Positions 1-11,190 are shown, counted from the first letter of the stretch. The stretch is 42,274 nt of DNA from Theionarchaea archaeon (GCA_018992685.1 JACVGT010000006.1:1-42274), one strand, 5' to 3'. Numbers and translations are program-made. The notes: a model not told the origin generated them from the letters alone.

Positions 1-4
1 CAAC

Positions 5-1297
5 ATGGCTGAAGATAAACCCCACCTGAACGTGGCGTTCATTGGACATGTCGATCACGGAAAGTCCACGCTCATTGGAAGAATGATGTTTGAGCATGGA
101 GATGTCCGAGAAGCCCTGATCAAGAAGTTCGAGGAGATGGGTGAGAAAGGAAAGACATTCAAGTTTGCATGGGTTATGGACAATCTCAAGGAGGAGCGTG
201 AGCGAGGTGTTACCATTGACCTGGCTCACAAGAAGTTTGAGACTGACCACAATTATATTACCATTGTGGATTGTCCAGGTCACAGAGACTTTGTTAAGAA
301 CATGATTACCGGAGCTTCTCAGGCTGATGCTGCTGTGCTTGTCGTGGATGTCAAAGATGGTATCATGCCTCAAACCATTGAACACGGGTTTCTAGCGAAG
401 ACACTGGGAATCACCCAGCTAATCGTCTGTGTCAACAAGATGGATCTCGTCAACTACGACCAGAAGAAGTGCGAGGAACTAGAAGAGGAGCTGTCCAAAC
501 TCTTGAAGCGTATTGGATATGATCCTGAAAAAACGCCTTTCATTCCGACCTCTGCCTTCAATGGTGACAATGTGATAAAGGCATCTGACAGGATGGCCTG
601 GTATAAAGGAGATACCATGTTCCAGGCGCTTGACAAGCTGAAATCACCAGAAAAACCAATTGACAAACCTCTGAGATTACCCGTACAGGACGTATTCACT
701 ATCAAGGGTGTCGGTACTGTACCTGTAGGTCGAGTAGAAACAGGAATCATGAAAGTAGGAGATATGGTGACGTTCGAGCCTGCTACTACCATTCTCAGCA
801 AGCCCATTTCGGGTGAAGTGAAGTCAATTGAGATGCACCACGTGTCTCTTCCAGAGGCAACTCCCGGCGACAATGTCGGATTTAATGTGAGAGGAGTTGG
901 AAAACAGGATATCAGACGAGGAGACGTAGTTGGACATTCAGATACACCACCCAGCGTCATCAGGCCAAAAGACAGCTTCAGAGCTCAGATCCAGGTTATC
1001 AGACACCCCACAGCTATCACCGCAGGGTATACGCCTGTGTTCCACTGTCACACAGCCCAGGTTGCCTGTACATTTGAGCAGCTGGCGGCAAAGCTCGACC
1101 CCAGAACGGGTGGAGTCCAGGAGGAGAATCCAAGCTTCCTGAAGACAGGCGATGCTGCGCTGGTTGAGATCAGGCCAACCAAGCCCATGGTCATAGAGGT
1201 TTTCAAGGAACTACCTCAGATGGGTCGATTCGCTATCCGGGACATGGGTCAGACTGTGGCTGTCGGTGTCTGTGTCGCCATTCACAAAGCAGGCTAA
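5..1297 (+). CDS. tuf: Translation elongation factor EF-1 alpha
   Basis: [10 protein letters not shown]-loop, [31 protein letters not shown]; followed by rps10. Confidence 0.99.
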   Translation: MAEDKPHLNVAFIGHVDHGKSTLIGRMMFEHGDVREALIKKFEEMGEKGKTFKFAWVMDNLKEERERGVTIDLAHKKFETDHNYITIVDCPGHRDFVKNMITGASQADAAVLVVDVKDGIMPQTIEHGFLAKTLGITQLIVCVNKMDLVNYDQKKCEELEEELSKLLKRIGYDPEKTPFIPTSAFNGDNVIKASDRMAWYKGDTMFQALDKLKSPEKPIDKPLRLPVQDVFTIKGVGTVPVGRVETGIMKVGDMVTFEPATTILSKPISGEVKSIEMHHVSLPEATPGDNVGFNVRGVGKQDIRRGDVVGHSDTPPSVIRPKDSFRAQIQVIRHPTAITAGYTPVFHCHTAQVACTFEQLAAKLDPRTGGVQEENPSFLKTGDAALVEIRPTKPMVIEVFKELPQMGRFAIRDMGQTVAVGVCVAIHKAG

Positions 1298-1306
1298 GAG
1301 AGGATC

Positions 1307-1618
1307 ATGGTGCAGAAAGCCAGAATACGCCTTGCAGGTACCGAACCGCGGAAACTCAACGACGTCTGCGAACAGGTGAAGAAGATTGCAGAAAAGACTG
1401 GGGTGGACCTCTCAGGGCCCATTCCCCTGCCCACCAAGAAACTGAGAGTTCCGACTCGGAAGTCTCCAGACGGTGAAGGTACTGCGACTTGGGAGCGTTG
1501 GGAAATGCGCATTCACAAGCGGTTGATAGAAATCGACGCTGACGAGAGGACCATGAGACAGATCATGAGGGTTCGAGTACCTGAGGGTGTGAATATCGAA
1601 ATCGAATTGATATCTTGA
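1307..1618 (+). CDS. rps10: 30S ribosomal protein S10 (uS10)
   Basis: [33 protein letters not shown]; canonical position after tuf. Confidence 0.99.
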   Translation: MVQKARIRLAGTEPRKLNDVCEQVKKIAEKTGVDLSGPIPLPTKKLRVPTRKSPDGEGTATWERWEMRIHKRLIEIDADERTMRQIMRVRVPEGVNIEIELIS

Positions 1619-1624
1619 TTTTTT
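1619..1624 (+). terminator. Oligo-T archaeal terminator candidate
   Basis: T6 run directly after the rps10 stop. Confidence 0.5.
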
Positions 1625-1713
1625 CAATTCTTACTTTGAGGTTTCACGCGAATCCCGTGCACTGGTAATCTAGGTAATAGATTCCACACTATCCTCCTTT
1701 TTACAGTCTCGTA

Positions 1714-2592
1714 TCAGGGTTGAATGGTATCTACATTCTGCAGGTGCTTCATTGTTCCGTACATTCTTTCCAGGTTCTCATATTCTTCTACAGTGTAGAA
1801 TGCACATGTTCCTCCCGTATATTCCTTTGCCACCTCCACACAGAACCTCGCAGCTGCTTCCACATCCAGTAATTGATTCGTCCCCGTTGCACATCCAGGA
1901 ACCACAACCTCGGACGTGATGGCAACTCCGACCACAGGCGCACTGGTTTTTGTGCAGGGCTGCATTATAGCATTGAGATGATATACTTCGTTGGAATAGG
2001 GAGTGATGTCCTGCATTGTAATGGGAAATACGACAGGGTGCTTCCCTGTCACCCGCTCCTGTATGCTCAGCAGGTCTTCACTGACCCGCAGGATCCACCC
2101 CTCTTTCACCGTGGGAGAAAGAGCAAACCCCCTGTAGTTGATGATCCTGTTGCCCCTCGTGGTGTCCACGGACAGGATAGCGTCCATTTTCTCTTCTACC
2201 AGATGTTCCATCATCGTACTCACTGAAAGGGGTGATCCCATGAAATCGACGAGGTCATGGGGGATGATGGGTGCTCTGGGGCATACATGGGTGGTAACGA
2301 TGACAGTTCCATTCACCAACCCCTTTTCCAGCTGCAGTGCGCAGGCAAGCACAGTCAGTGCACCTTCAGCATCCGATACCAGACCTTTTCGTTCTTCAGC
2401 TCCAATACCTCCCAGTTGCCCAACAATACCAAGAGTGGGAGAACCTGATCCAAATTCAATGCGAACAAAATCCGTAGATTTCTGTTCAGTGACTGTTTTT
2501 ACCTCAGCTCTTGAAAAAAGACTTGCTACATCTTCCCCGGTTACCCCGGGGTTATCGAGCACCTCGTATACGTCCAGCACATTTTTCAACAT
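1714..2592 (-). CDS. DUF1177 family protein
   Basis: STDFVRI, PTLGIVGQLGGIGA, GLVSDAEGA, SVDTTRGNR, QDITPY motifs; start moved to MLKNVLDVYEVLD. Confidence 0.85.
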   Translation of the reverse strand: MLKNVLDVYEVLDNPGVTGEDVASLFSRAEVKTVTEQKSTDFVRIEFGSGSPTLGIVGQLGGIGAEERKGLVSDAEGALTVLACALQLEKGLVNGTVIVTTHVCPRAPIIPHDLVDFMGSPLSVSTMMEHLVEEKMDAILSVDTTRGNRIINYRGFALSPTVKEGWILRVSEDLLSIQERVTGKHPVVFPITMQDITPYSNEVYHLNAIMQPCTKTSAPVVGVAITSEVVVPGCATGTNQLLDVEAAARFCVEVAKEYTGGTCAFYTVEEYENLERMYGTMKHLQNVDTIQP

Positions 2593-2760
2593 GGTACCAC
2601 ATGCTGCAGTGTGCATATCTTGTTTTATCCTTTTCGCCTGTGAGAACCACTTTCTCTATCTCCATATCCCTCGGAGAACCCACCTCCCCTGAGTGTAACC
2701 ACCTGGCGCAGCAGTTGTTCAACCAGTTGTCTTTCCCATCTATGGCAAAAGCCGAAAACC

Positions 2761-2767
2761 TTAAATA
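2761..2767 (+). promoter_or_regulatory. TATA box, likely leaderless transcript of the HTH regulator
   Basis: TTAAATA preceded by A-rich GAAAA, ending 23 nt before ATG 2791. Confidence 0.6.
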
Positions 2768-2790
2768 GGAATTGAAAGAGACTATCGCAC

Positions 2791-3507
2791 ATGATTGATG
2801 ATTACAAAGAGAGGCTTGCCAAACGTATGGCTGGTGAAATTACTCTTTCTGAAGATCCCGGGAAAACTATGAAGAAATGGCGGGAAGTGTTTGGCATCAC
2901 CCAGACCCAGCTGGCAGACCATCTCAACATCTCATCATCTGTCATCAGTGACTACGAAGGGGGCAGGAGGAAATCACCAGGGTCTTCCACCATCAAGAAA
3001 ATTGTGGAAGGATTGATTGACCTTGATGAACTCAATGGGGGTCATGTCATCCATGCCTTCAGCAGAATGATGGATACAGAACTCTCCACTGATGTCATTA
3101 TTGATATGCGTGAGTTCGCAGTTCCCATTGATGCACGTATGGTTCAGAAGGCGGTCCAGGGAGATATTATTGTGAATGAACAGTTGATGGACCGGGAAAT
3201 CTTTGGCTACACAGTCATTGACAGTATCAGGTGTATTTCTGAAATGACGTCTGATGAATTCACAAAGCTGTATGGCTGGACCACAGAGCGGGCTCTGATT
3301 TTCACCCAGGTCTCCAGGGGGAGATCTCCCATGATTGCCATACGCGTAAAGGGGCTGAGACCCGCCCTCATCATTCTTCACGGCCCCTCAACGATAGATG
3401 ATCCTGTCGCGATCAAGCTTGCAGAAGTAGAGCGTATTCCACTGATTCTTTCCAGAGCCGACTCCGTGGATACCATGATTCGTGGGTTGCGTTCTCTCCC
3501 CATGTAA
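2791..3507 (+). CDS. Conserved archaeal XRE-type HTH transcriptional regulator (COG1709-like)
   Basis: AGEITLSEDPG, KKWREVFGITQTQLA, SVISDYEGGRRKSPG, ERALIFTQVSRGRSPMIAIR. Confidence 0.9.
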   Translation: MIDDYKERLAKRMAGEITLSEDPGKTMKKWREVFGITQTQLADHLNISSSVISDYEGGRRKSPGSSTIKKIVEGLIDLDELNGGHVIHAFSRMMDTELSTDVIIDMREFAVPIDARMVQKAVQGDIIVNEQLMDREIFGYTVIDSIRCISEMTSDEFTKLYGWTTERALIFTQVSRGRSPMIAIRVKGLRPALIILHGPSTIDDPVAIKLAEVERIPLILSRADSVDTMIRGLRSLPM

Positions 3508-3600
3508 CCTGACTTTTCGTCATTTTACCCTTTTATCATCATAAAATACATCGAAGATAATAGACTATTGTCGAACTCCAATAAGTTAATCACCGTAATC

Positions 3601-3607
3601 TTTATAT
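3601..3607 (+). promoter_or_regulatory. TATA box of the mevalonate operon
   Basis: TTTATAT upstream of the GGTGA RBS (3641-3645) and ATG 3650. Confidence 0.6.
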
Positions 3608-3649
3608 GGACCGGAGGGTATGCTTACGGAGATTGTGCTTGGTGACGAT

Positions 3650-4696
3650 ATGAAACCGAATCAGCATACAGGCATCGTGGGATACGGTGTGTACATCCCA
3701 CGGTACAGGATCAGTGGTTGTGAGATTGCACGAGTCTGGGGACAGGACGCAGGTAGTGTTCCTGTCCAGGAGAAATCTGTGCCAGGCCCTGACGAGGACG
3801 CAATCACCATCGGTATCGAGGCTGCGCAGAACGCTTTGAAGAGGGCTCAGGTCCCGCCTGAGAAGATAGCTGCCGTGTGGGCAGGATCCGAGTCAAAGCC
3901 CTATGCAGTCAAGCCTTCTTCGAGCATCATTGCAGAAGCCATTGGGGCCACACCTCACGTGGAAGCGGCAGACTGGGAATTTGCCTGCAAAGCAGGGACA
4001 GAGGCCATGCAGGCATGTTTTGCCTTGGTGGGGTCAGGCATGGGATTATATGCTCTGGCTCTGGGAATTGACACTGCCCAGGGGAGGCCGGCAGACCCCC
4101 TGGAATATACAGCAGCTGCAGGTGGGGCTGCCTTTCTCATAGGAAAAGGGGAAGAGAGCCTTGCCGTCCTGGAAGCATCTCATTCTTATGCATCTGACAC
4201 TCCTGATTTCTTCAGACGAGAGAGTAATCGCTATCCGGTGCATGGTTCCCGATTTACCGGAGAACCGGCCTACTTTCATCATGTAGTCCAGGCAGCCAGT
4301 GAATTGATGGAGGACATAGGGCGGACACCAGAGGATTATCAGTATGTGGTCTTTCATCAGCCCAACACGAAATTTCCCTTGACAGCAGCCAAAATCTTGA
4401 AATTTCCTCCAGAAAAAGTAAAACCCGGATTAATAGCTCCTTATATCGGAAACACCTACTCGGGCTGCTCAGTGTTGGGACTGGCTGCAACCCTGGATAT
4501 TGCATCACCTGGAGATAGGATTCTGTGCGTTTCCTATGGAAGCGGGGCAGGAAGTGATGCCTTCTCCTTCATAGTCACAGACCTCATCGAGGAACGGAGA
4601 ATGCGAGCTCCCCATGTTTCTGTCTACATTGAGAGGAGAAAGGCAGTTGATTATGCGGTCTATCTCAAGTACACAAAGGCTCTGGTGATGAGATGA
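3650..4696 (+). CDS. Hydroxymethylglutaryl-CoA synthase, archaeal type
   Basis: [19 protein letters not shown] (catalytic Cys), [21 protein letters not shown]; start at MKPNQ behind GGTGA. Confidence 0.95.
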   Translation: MKPNQHTGIVGYGVYIPRYRISGCEIARVWGQDAGSVPVQEKSVPGPDEDAITIGIEAAQNALKRAQVPPEKIAAVWAGSESKPYAVKPSSSIIAEAIGATPHVEAADWEFACKAGTEAMQACFALVGSGMGLYALALGIDTAQGRPADPLEYTAAAGGAAFLIGKGEESLAVLEASHSYASDTPDFFRRESNRYPVHGSRFTGEPAYFHHVVQAASELMEDIGRTPEDYQYVVFHQPNTKFPLTAAKILKFPPEKVKPGLIAPYIGNTYSGCSVLGLAATLDIASPGDRILCVSYGSGAGSDAFSFIVTDLIEERRMRAPHVSVYIERRKAVDYAVYLKYTKALVMR

Positions 4697-5841
4697 ATAT
4701 GAGAGAGGTGGTCATTGCAGGAGTGGGACAGATCGCAGTTCGCGAACACTGGGAGACTTCTCTGCGCGATCTGGCATACCAGTCAATCAAGAAGGCAGTG
4801 TCTGATGCGGGGACAGACAGTGTGGATGCACTGTACATTGGCAATATGCTGGCAGGTGAATTGTCTGGTCAGGAGCACCTGGGAGCCCTCATCAGCGACT
4901 ATTGCGGATTTGATGGCATTGAAGCGGTGAGGATTGAGGCTGCAGCAGCCTCAGGAGGAGCAGCTCTGCGGCAGGGAGCAATGAGCGTGGCGTGCGGGCT
5001 CAATGACTGTGTGGTAGTAACAGGAGTGGAGCAGATGACTGACGTGCTCCAGGACAAGGTAACAGCAGGCCTTTCTCTGGCACTGGACACTGAATATGAG
5101 CTGGCCAGTGGTATCTCCCTGGCTGCATTGTTTGCCATACTGACAAGACGGTATGTTCATGAAGGGTGCTGCAGTCCAGAGGATCTTGCCCTCTTCTGTG
5201 TCAATGCTCAGAAGAATGCTGTTGGAAATGACTACGCCATGTTCAGAAGAGAAATCACGGTAGACACTATCATGAGGTCACCCATGGCTGCAGACCCCAT
5301 CCATGTTCTGGAATGTCCCCCCGTATGTGATGGTTCTGCGTCAGTGGTCTTGCTGCCTGCAGAAAAGGCAGACCTTGAAGCTCCGGTGAAAATCACAGGA
5401 AGTGCAGTGGCCACTGGAACAATTGGTGTAAACAACAGGCCTGATCCTCTAGTTTTTGAGTCAGTGAGAGACTCCACAGAAAAAGCACTGCGCATGGCAG
5501 GCAAGACCAGGGAAGATGTTGATTTTTACGAGCTCCACGATCTGTTCCCCGTGGTAGCTGCATTATCGCTGGAAGCCAGTGGATTTGCAAAGAAAGGAGA
5601 AGGCGCCCTCATGGCCAGAAATGGTGATATTGCACTTGAAGGAAAGATACCCATTACAACCATGGGGGGCTGTAAGGCCAGAGGGAATCCAGTAGGAGCC
5701 TGCGGCATATACCAGGCTGCAGAAGCTGTTCTTCAACTCAGGCAGCAAGCGGGAAAGAACCAACTCCCCTGTGAGGTGGGAATGATCCAGTGTATGGGGG
5801 GAACTGCTGCCACAACAATAACTCACATATTGGAGGTGTAA
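4693..5841 (+). CDS. Thiolase-family protein (acetyl-CoA acetyltransferase-like) with atypical active site
   Basis: Thiolase fold motifs [31 protein letters not shown]; ATGA overlap with HMGS; precedes DUF35. Confidence 0.9.
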   Translation: MNMREVVIAGVGQIAVREHWETSLRDLAYQSIKKAVSDAGTDSVDALYIGNMLAGELSGQEHLGALISDYCGFDGIEAVRIEAAAASGGAALRQGAMSVACGLNDCVVVTGVEQMTDVLQDKVTAGLSLALDTEYELASGISLAALFAILTRRYVHEGCCSPEDLALFCVNAQKNAVGNDYAMFRREITVDTIMRSPMAADPIHVLECPPVCDGSASVVLLPAEKADLEAPVKITGSAVATGTIGVNNRPDPLVFESVRDSTEKALRMAGKTREDVDFYELHDLFPVVAALSLEASGFAKKGEGALMARNGDIALEGKIPITTMGGCKARGNPVGACGIYQAAEAVLQLRQQAGKNQLPCEVGMIQCMGGTAATTITHILEV

Positions 5842-5843
5842 AT

Positions 5844-6245
5844 TTGGAAATATCGCGAAACTGGAGGTTACGGAACCAGCGTTACCGGCTGGTAGGAACG
5901 GAGTGTGGATGTGGGCACAGGAGTTTTCCACCCAGGAGAATCTGCCCCACATGCAGGGAAAATCCCCAGAACCCTGTTCAGTTTTCGGGAACTGGGACAG
6001 TCTATTCGTACAGCACCCTCTACGAAGCACCGGAAGGGTTCGAACAGTTCATTCCCTACACGGTGGCTCTAATTGACCTGGACGAAGGCCCCATGATCTC
6101 AGCACAGTTAACGGATGTTGACCCTGAAGATGTTGCCATCGGGATGCGGGTGGAGATGGTGACCCGAAAACTTAAAGAACAGGGGGAGTCAGGACTTATT
6201 GTGTATGGATACAAGTTCAGACCAATCGTAGGGTGTTACCCATGA
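5844..6245 (+). CDS. DUF35 Zn-ribbon/OB-fold scaffold protein
   Basis: CGC...[30 protein letters not shown]; TTG start after GGAGGTG. Confidence 0.93.
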   Translation: MEISRNWRLRNQRYRLVGTECGCGHRSFPPRRICPTCRENPQNPVQFSGTGTVYSYSTLYEAPEGFEQFIPYTVALIDLDEGPMISAQLTDVDPEDVAIGMRVEMVTRKLKEQGESGLIVYGYKFRPIVGCYP

Positions 6246-7489
6246 CGTCCGAATTGAAAGGATTCTATAAGCTCCCTCTGGAAGAGAGGCTACGTACTGT
6301 ACAGGAGTTTTCTGAGCTCTCAGCAGAGGATGTTGAGATTCTCAGGAACAGAGGACTGGGCATGGACCAGGCCCAAAAGATGATTGAAAATGTGGTGGGT
6401 ACTTTTGAGCTGCCGTTTGGGATAGCAGTCAACTTCTTGATTAATGGGAAAGACTATCTTGTTCCCATGGTCATTGAAGAGCCATCAGTGGTAGCTGCTG
6501 CCAGTAATGCAGCAAAGCTGGCCCGTCCTGCAGGAGGATTTTCCACATCTTCTACAGATCCCATCATGATCGGTCAGATTCAATTGGTGAATGTTGACAG
6601 TCCTTCATCAGCACGATTGCAGATTCTGGAACAGAAACAGAGGATACTGGATCTGGCGAACCAGCAGGATCCGGTGTTGCTTCGGTTCGGTGGGGGATGT
6701 AAAGATCTTGATGTGAAGGTTTTAGACAACGGCATGGTAGTCACCCATCTGTTGGTGGACTGCAGGGACGCCATGGGCGCCAATGCTGTCAATACCATGG
6801 CTGAAGCTGTGGCACCATTAATCGAAGAGATTACAGGCGGGCAGGTGTACCTGAGGATTATCTCGAACCTTGCAACATACAGACTGGCCAGAGCGCGGGC
6901 AACCTTTGCAAAAGAGGTCATCGGACCTGAGACGGTTGACGGCATTGTTGAGGCATATGAGTTTGCCAGGGCTGATCCTTTCCGGGCAGCAACCCACAAT
7001 AAGGGGATCATGAACGGAATCACCGCAGTGGTGCTGGCCACGGGGAATGATACTCGCGCTGTAGAAGCAGGTGCCCATGCGTATGCTTCCCTGACTGGAA
7101 GATATACATCTCTAACACACTGGGAGAAAGACAGTAACGGTGACCTGAAAGGAAGTATCGAGATTCCGATGGCTGTGGGGCTGGTAGGGGGCGCCACCAA
7201 GTCACATCCAGTGGCCCGGGTAGCAGTGAAGATTCTGAAGGTGAAAACTGCACGTGAACTGGGAGAAACCATGGCTGCTGTGGGACTTGCCCAGAATTTT
7301 GCCGCGCTCCGTGCACTGGCTACCGAGGGGATACAGCGCGGGCACATGAAGCTGCATGCCAAGAATATTGCACAGATGGCAGGGGCAACAGGCGACTTCA
7401 TAGAGAAGGTGGCAAGCCAGATGGTAAAAGAAGGTATGGTAAGAGCAGACCGAGCAGAAGAGATCCTGAAGGAAATGACCTCCTCCTAA
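6242..7489 (+). CDS. mvaA: HMG-CoA reductase, class II
   Basis: [41 protein letters not shown]; ATGA overlap with DUF35. Confidence 0.95.
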   Translation: MTSELKGFYKLPLEERLRTVQEFSELSAEDVEILRNRGLGMDQAQKMIENVVGTFELPFGIAVNFLINGKDYLVPMVIEEPSVVAAASNAAKLARPAGGFSTSSTDPIMIGQIQLVNVDSPSSARLQILEQKQRILDLANQQDPVLLRFGGGCKDLDVKVLDNGMVVTHLLVDCRDAMGANAVNTMAEAVAPLIEEITGGQVYLRIISNLATYRLARARATFAKEVIGPETVDGIVEAYEFARADPFRAATHNKGIMNGITAVVLATGNDTRAVEAGAHAYASLTGRYTSLTHWEKDSNGDLKGSIEIPMAVGLVGGATKSHPVARVAVKILKVKTARELGETMAAVGLAQNFAALRALATEGIQRGHMKLHAKNIAQMAGATGDFIEKVASQMVKEGMVRADRAEEILKEMTSS

Positions 7490-7501
7490 CCACTTTGTCA
7501 T

Positions 7502-10500
7502 CTAATATTCCCGAAGTACTTTCAGAAATCCAGGCCGGGGCTCATAAATATCTCCATCGTGCTTGAACTTTGCCAGCCACTCTCTGACAAAACTCTCAGA
7601 CAGCCCTTTGTCCTGGCTAATTCTAAAAACGTCTTCCTGCTGTGCTCCGTTGCCCTGATTGCCTTTGTCCAGGTCTTCAATGATATCTCTCAGTATGAGT
7701 ATCTTGTCACGCTGTGATTTCCGGGTTCCCGTCATTAAGGTGTCAATATCCATCTTGCCAGTTTCTGTGTCCATGGCTACTTTAACCAGGCACTCTCTGA
7801 ACAGTCTGATAACCTCTTCTGAGTCCTCTTTTTCCACTCTTTCTGCAAGGCGCATCCGTGCCCTCGCTTCTGACAGCCTGATCAAGGCTTCAAGCTGTCG
7901 AGCAGTGATGGGAACAGGGGCATCTTCTGATTCCCCACCTTTCCGCATCTGCATGTAAAAGTTCAGCAATTTCTGGGCAGCTTCCTTTGTCAGTAGTGGC
8001 TTCACATTATTCTTTGCATACATGATGTATTTTTCCAGCAGATCAAGCGAAATGGGCTGGGTCACAGCTTCGTCAGGGCGCCTGTGTATGTTAACAATAT
8101 GCTCTGCAATACGCCGATCGGTGTCTTCGTGCGGTCTGTCTGTGATTATGTACACCAGGTCAAATCGGGACAGTAACGTAGAAGGAAGGTCAATCTGGTC
8201 AGTAATTGACTTATAACTATCAAAACGTCCATACTTAGGGTTGCAGGCTGCCAGAACTGATGTTCTCGCATTCAATGTGGCCACTACTCCTGCTTTTGCT
8301 ATGGAGATGGTATTGTGCAGGAGAAGGCCTGCGGCTGCAAACATGTGGTCGGTCACTGTCACATCATACACCCATTGGGCTGTGTGATTGGCGATTTCGT
8401 CCACCTGCTCCACCTTCAGCACACTTACCCCCTCCTGGCCCAAGGGTCCAGCTTCACCTTTGAACCCACTATGCTCTTGGCTCATGGTGGTTTCAGCCAG
8501 GTGTACGACTGGTGTCTGTTCAGTGCTGTCCGGACTGCCCAGAACAGTCATGAGGCCGCTAGCACCCCTCTGTACTGTTACTGCATGTTCTAAATCCGGA
8601 GGACCTGACTGGATAGAGAGTGCATAGAGACTCCTTCCATGAACGTCCTGAGAATGAATTGAAGCGTGCATTCCCATGCACAGAAAGGCATCCTGGAAGT
8701 CTTCCGCCAGCTCCCGAGAACGTACCAGGATCTGACTGTTCTCAGCGGGAGTCCAGAGCTTATCCTCTGGGTTGGTACTGGTATTGTCCCTGATGACAGC
8801 ACTCTTCAGGAATTCACCTATCAATTGAGGAGAACACTGCAGTATCTTGTGAGGAACGCGTTTTTTCGAGAATAGTCCAACCAGTTCAGGAAAATTCATT
8901 TTGATGAACTCATATAGTGGCATACAGGGACATCTCAGTTTAAAAACAGGGGTACCCTTCCTCTTTCTATCATGAATGAACGAGTATGCTCCAAATTCCT
9001 CTTGAAGGATGCTTTTTGCGTCCTCTATGATCTTTTTGTCACGACTGAAGATAATGACCTCCGAAATCTTGTTCTTCTTATTGAAATAGATATGACCAGC
9101 ACCGGTTATGTAACCCAACAGCCTGGCCAGTTTGTAGGTCATCTCTTGCGGAAATCGTATTCTGTTCATTGTGGCGGTGTGTTTCAAATGGCTGGCTCCA
9201 GGAATATGATATCTGGCCGCTCCTGGGACAAGTAGACCGGTACGTACCTTTTCTGCAGGAACAGTCTGGATTTTGCCTCTTTCATATATGAAAACGGGAT
9301 GCTCGGGCGTGACAGTGATTCCTCTTCCGTTTGAGTAGCGAATTCGAACAAATCGATCAGGAGCTTTGTGCCTGCTCACCCCTTCCACTGCCGTTGTTCC
9401 CCTGATGGACACCAGTTCATATCCCGACACGGGCAGAATTTCACAGTTCACTCCTTTAACAGGTTCCCGATTCTCCATCAGGTTATCCACGAATTCTCCA
9501 ATTCTGACCTTTTCCCCGGTTGACAGCAAAATTTCAGTTTCAGGATGATATGATTGCTGTTCCAGTGCTTCATGGATAGCCGATCTATCATCAGTGGACA
9601 TCTTATCTAATTCATCAATTGCACACAGTCCCCCATCTGCAAGCACCAGGGCGCCTGCCTCCAGAGCCCAGCCCCCTGTCAGCTCATCTCTTACCACGGC
9701 CGCCGTCAGTCCCACTCCGGACACTCCCTTTCCGGAGGTATACACTCCTCGAGGGGCCAACCGTGCTACATACTGGAGAATCTGACTCTTAGCAGTCCCT
9801 GGATCTCCCACAAGCAGTATGTTGGAGTCCCCACGCAGCCGCGTTCCATCTGAAAGGACTCTGAACACCCCAGAAAAGAGCTGGAGGGCAATAGCCTCCT
9901 TCACGTCTTCATGACCGTAGATGGCAGGAGCTATGGAAGACACAATTTTCTCACAAATGAAGGGTTCTGCACTCAACCTTCTGATTTCCTCCTCATCTTC
10001 CTTGGAAATCTCGATTTCTTCCACGACCTTCTCCCGCATTTCGACATGGTTGACTTCGGCATAAATATGAAAGGTTGTTTTCAATCCTCTTGAGGCCGTC
10101 TCCTGCTGCGTCTTGAGAATTCCCACAATGTTCACTCTGTTTCCTGCCTGTGCCCGATCTACAATATCATCCCGTATAATGCAGTCCACTGATCGAGGCA
10201 TCTTCCCCCCCCGCAGCCTCTCAGGCCGTTCCTGGACCTTCACCGACTGCCAGTCCACGAATTTGGATTGATTCTCAATAAGTTTGAAGGGCCCCTGTCT
10301 TCCGCAGGCTGGATTAGTACACATGGTGGGCTTCTGGAAGATGTGGGAGTCCTGTTCCACAATCAGGAGCTGACCACACCTCTGGCATTCAAATACTGCC
10401 TCTACAATCTCTGGTTTCACCTCGGATATCCGCCGTACCACCCCTTCGATTTGAACGAGTTTGTTGATGTGTTCAGAACGCAGGTCACGGATCTCCACTC

Positions 10501-10786
10501 TGGCCGGCGTCACATTATAAAATCGCACGTGCAAGTCAATTCTTTGTTCAGGACGGTACAACGTTTCAAAAGCAGCATCGCTGGCGGGAAGTGCAAACAT
10601 GGGTTCATCAATAATCAGCTGAGAAAGTTCATAATCATGATCCAGCACATGCTCAAAATCAACACTCAATGATCTCAAATAGTTAACCCTGCACCTGTTG
10701 ATCTCCTGCATGTAAACCGGGCTGTCCATGGAGGGAAATGTTTCTAGAAAGTCCCTAAATCTGTTCATCGCTTCTTCGAATTCCAT
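7502..10786 (-). CDS. mcm: Replicative helicase MCM, intein-containing (680 aa after splicing)
   Basis: Zn finger CQRC/CTNPAC, GDPGTAKSQ Walker A, IDELDKM Walker B, LLSRFD arginine finger, ITARQLE. Confidence 0.98.
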   Translation of the reverse strand: MEFEEAMNRFRDFLETFPSMDSPVYMQEINRCRVNYLRSLSVDFEHVLDHDYELSQLIIDEPMFALPASDAAFETLYRPEQRIDLHVRFYNVTPARVEIRDLRSEHINKLVQIEGVVRRISEVKPEIVEAVFECQRCGQLLIVEQDSHIFQKPTMCTNPACGRQGPFKLIENQSKFVDWQSVKVQERPERLRGGKMPRSVDCIIRDDIVDRAQAGNRVNIVGILKTQQETASRGLKTTFHIYAEVNHVEMREKVVEEIEISKEDEEEIRRLSAEPFICEKIVSSIAPAIYGHEDVKEAIALQLFSGVFRVLSDGTRLRGDSNILLVGDPGTAKSQILQYVARLAPRGVYTSGKGVSGVGLTAAVVRDELTGGWALEAGALVLADGGLCAIDELDKMSTDDRSAIHEALEQQSYHPETEILLSTGEKVRIGEFVDNLMENREPVKGVNCEILPVSGYELVSIRGTTAVEGVSRHKAPDRFVRIRYSNGRGITVTPEHPVFIYERGKIQTVPAEKVRTGLLVPGAARYHIPGASHLKHTATMNRIRFPQEMTYKLARLLGYITGAGHIYFNKKNKISEVIIFSRDKKIIEDAKSILQEEFGAYSFIHDRKRKGTPVFKLRCPCMPLYEFIKMNFPELVGLFSKKRVPHKILQCSPQLIGEFLKSAVIRDNTSTNPEDKLWTPAENSQILVRSRELAEDFQDAFLCMGMHASIHSQDVHGRSLYALSIQSGPPDLEHAVTVQRGASGLMTVLGSPDSTEQTPVVHLAETTMSQEHSGFKGEAGPLGQEGVSVLKVEQVDEIANHTAQWVYDVTVTDHMFAAAGLLLHNTISIAKAGVVATLNARTSVLAACNPKYGRFDSYKSITDQIDLPSTLLSRFDLVYIITDRPHEDTDRRIAEHIVNIHRRPDEAVTQPISLDLLEKYIMYAKNNVKPLLTKEAAQKLLNFYMQMRKGGESEDAPVPITARQLEALIRLSEARARMRLAERVEKEDSEEVIRLFRECLVKVAMDTETGKMDIDTLMTGTRKSQRDKILILRDIIEDLDKGNQGNGAQQEDVFRISQDKGLSESFVREWLAKFKHDGDIYEPRPGFLKVLREY
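8312..9553 (-). mobile_element. Intein (414 aa) in MCM with degenerate LAGLIDADG domain
   Basis: Interrupts EALEQQ|TISIAKAG; begins SYHPET, block B TPEHP, block F VYDVTV, ends HN before Thr. Confidence 0.95.
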
Positions 10787-10930
10787 GGTGACATCATCTC
10801 TCTCCTTACTGCTGGATTATGCAGGTTTTCATTTCCTGAAGACTATGCGACATAGATGCAGCGTAGCAAATAGCCTATTGGCTTCATACCCTATACGCTG
10901 GGTCTGGCAAAATTACTGATTTGGGAAGGG

Positions 10931-10938
10931 TATAAAAA
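10931..10938 (-). promoter_or_regulatory. Candidate TATA box for mcm
   Basis: TTTTTATA with A-rich upstream on the minus strand, about 145 nt before the ATG. Confidence 0.45.
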
Positions 10939-11190
10939 CTTATTTTTTACATCTTTGTAATGCTGGTGACGATTCTGCAAGGGCTCATCTCGGATTGTCT
11001 GGGTTGTTCCCCTCTGAAGACGGCTGCACCATTTTTGATACACCTTCTTACAACATCAGATTCTGCCTCACAGTTGGCATTTCGCGTAAGCGGTGGGTAA
11101 AATTGTATTGCACAATGAGTGGTATCTCAAAAAGCGCTCTTAAGAGTTTGCCGCCAGCACTGGAAAAGTAATCACTCCCCCGCTACCTGG

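Noticed and set aside
1619-1713. tRNA-Ser often found after tuf-rps10 in archaea
   Set aside because: No cloverleaf or T-loop GTTCRA pattern here; I saw no tRNA or rRNA in the window.
11150-11182. ORB-like TTCCAGTG plus G-run near mcm, suggesting a replication origin
   Set aside because: Single partial match, G-run on the wrong side, no repeated boxes and no cdc6 nearby.
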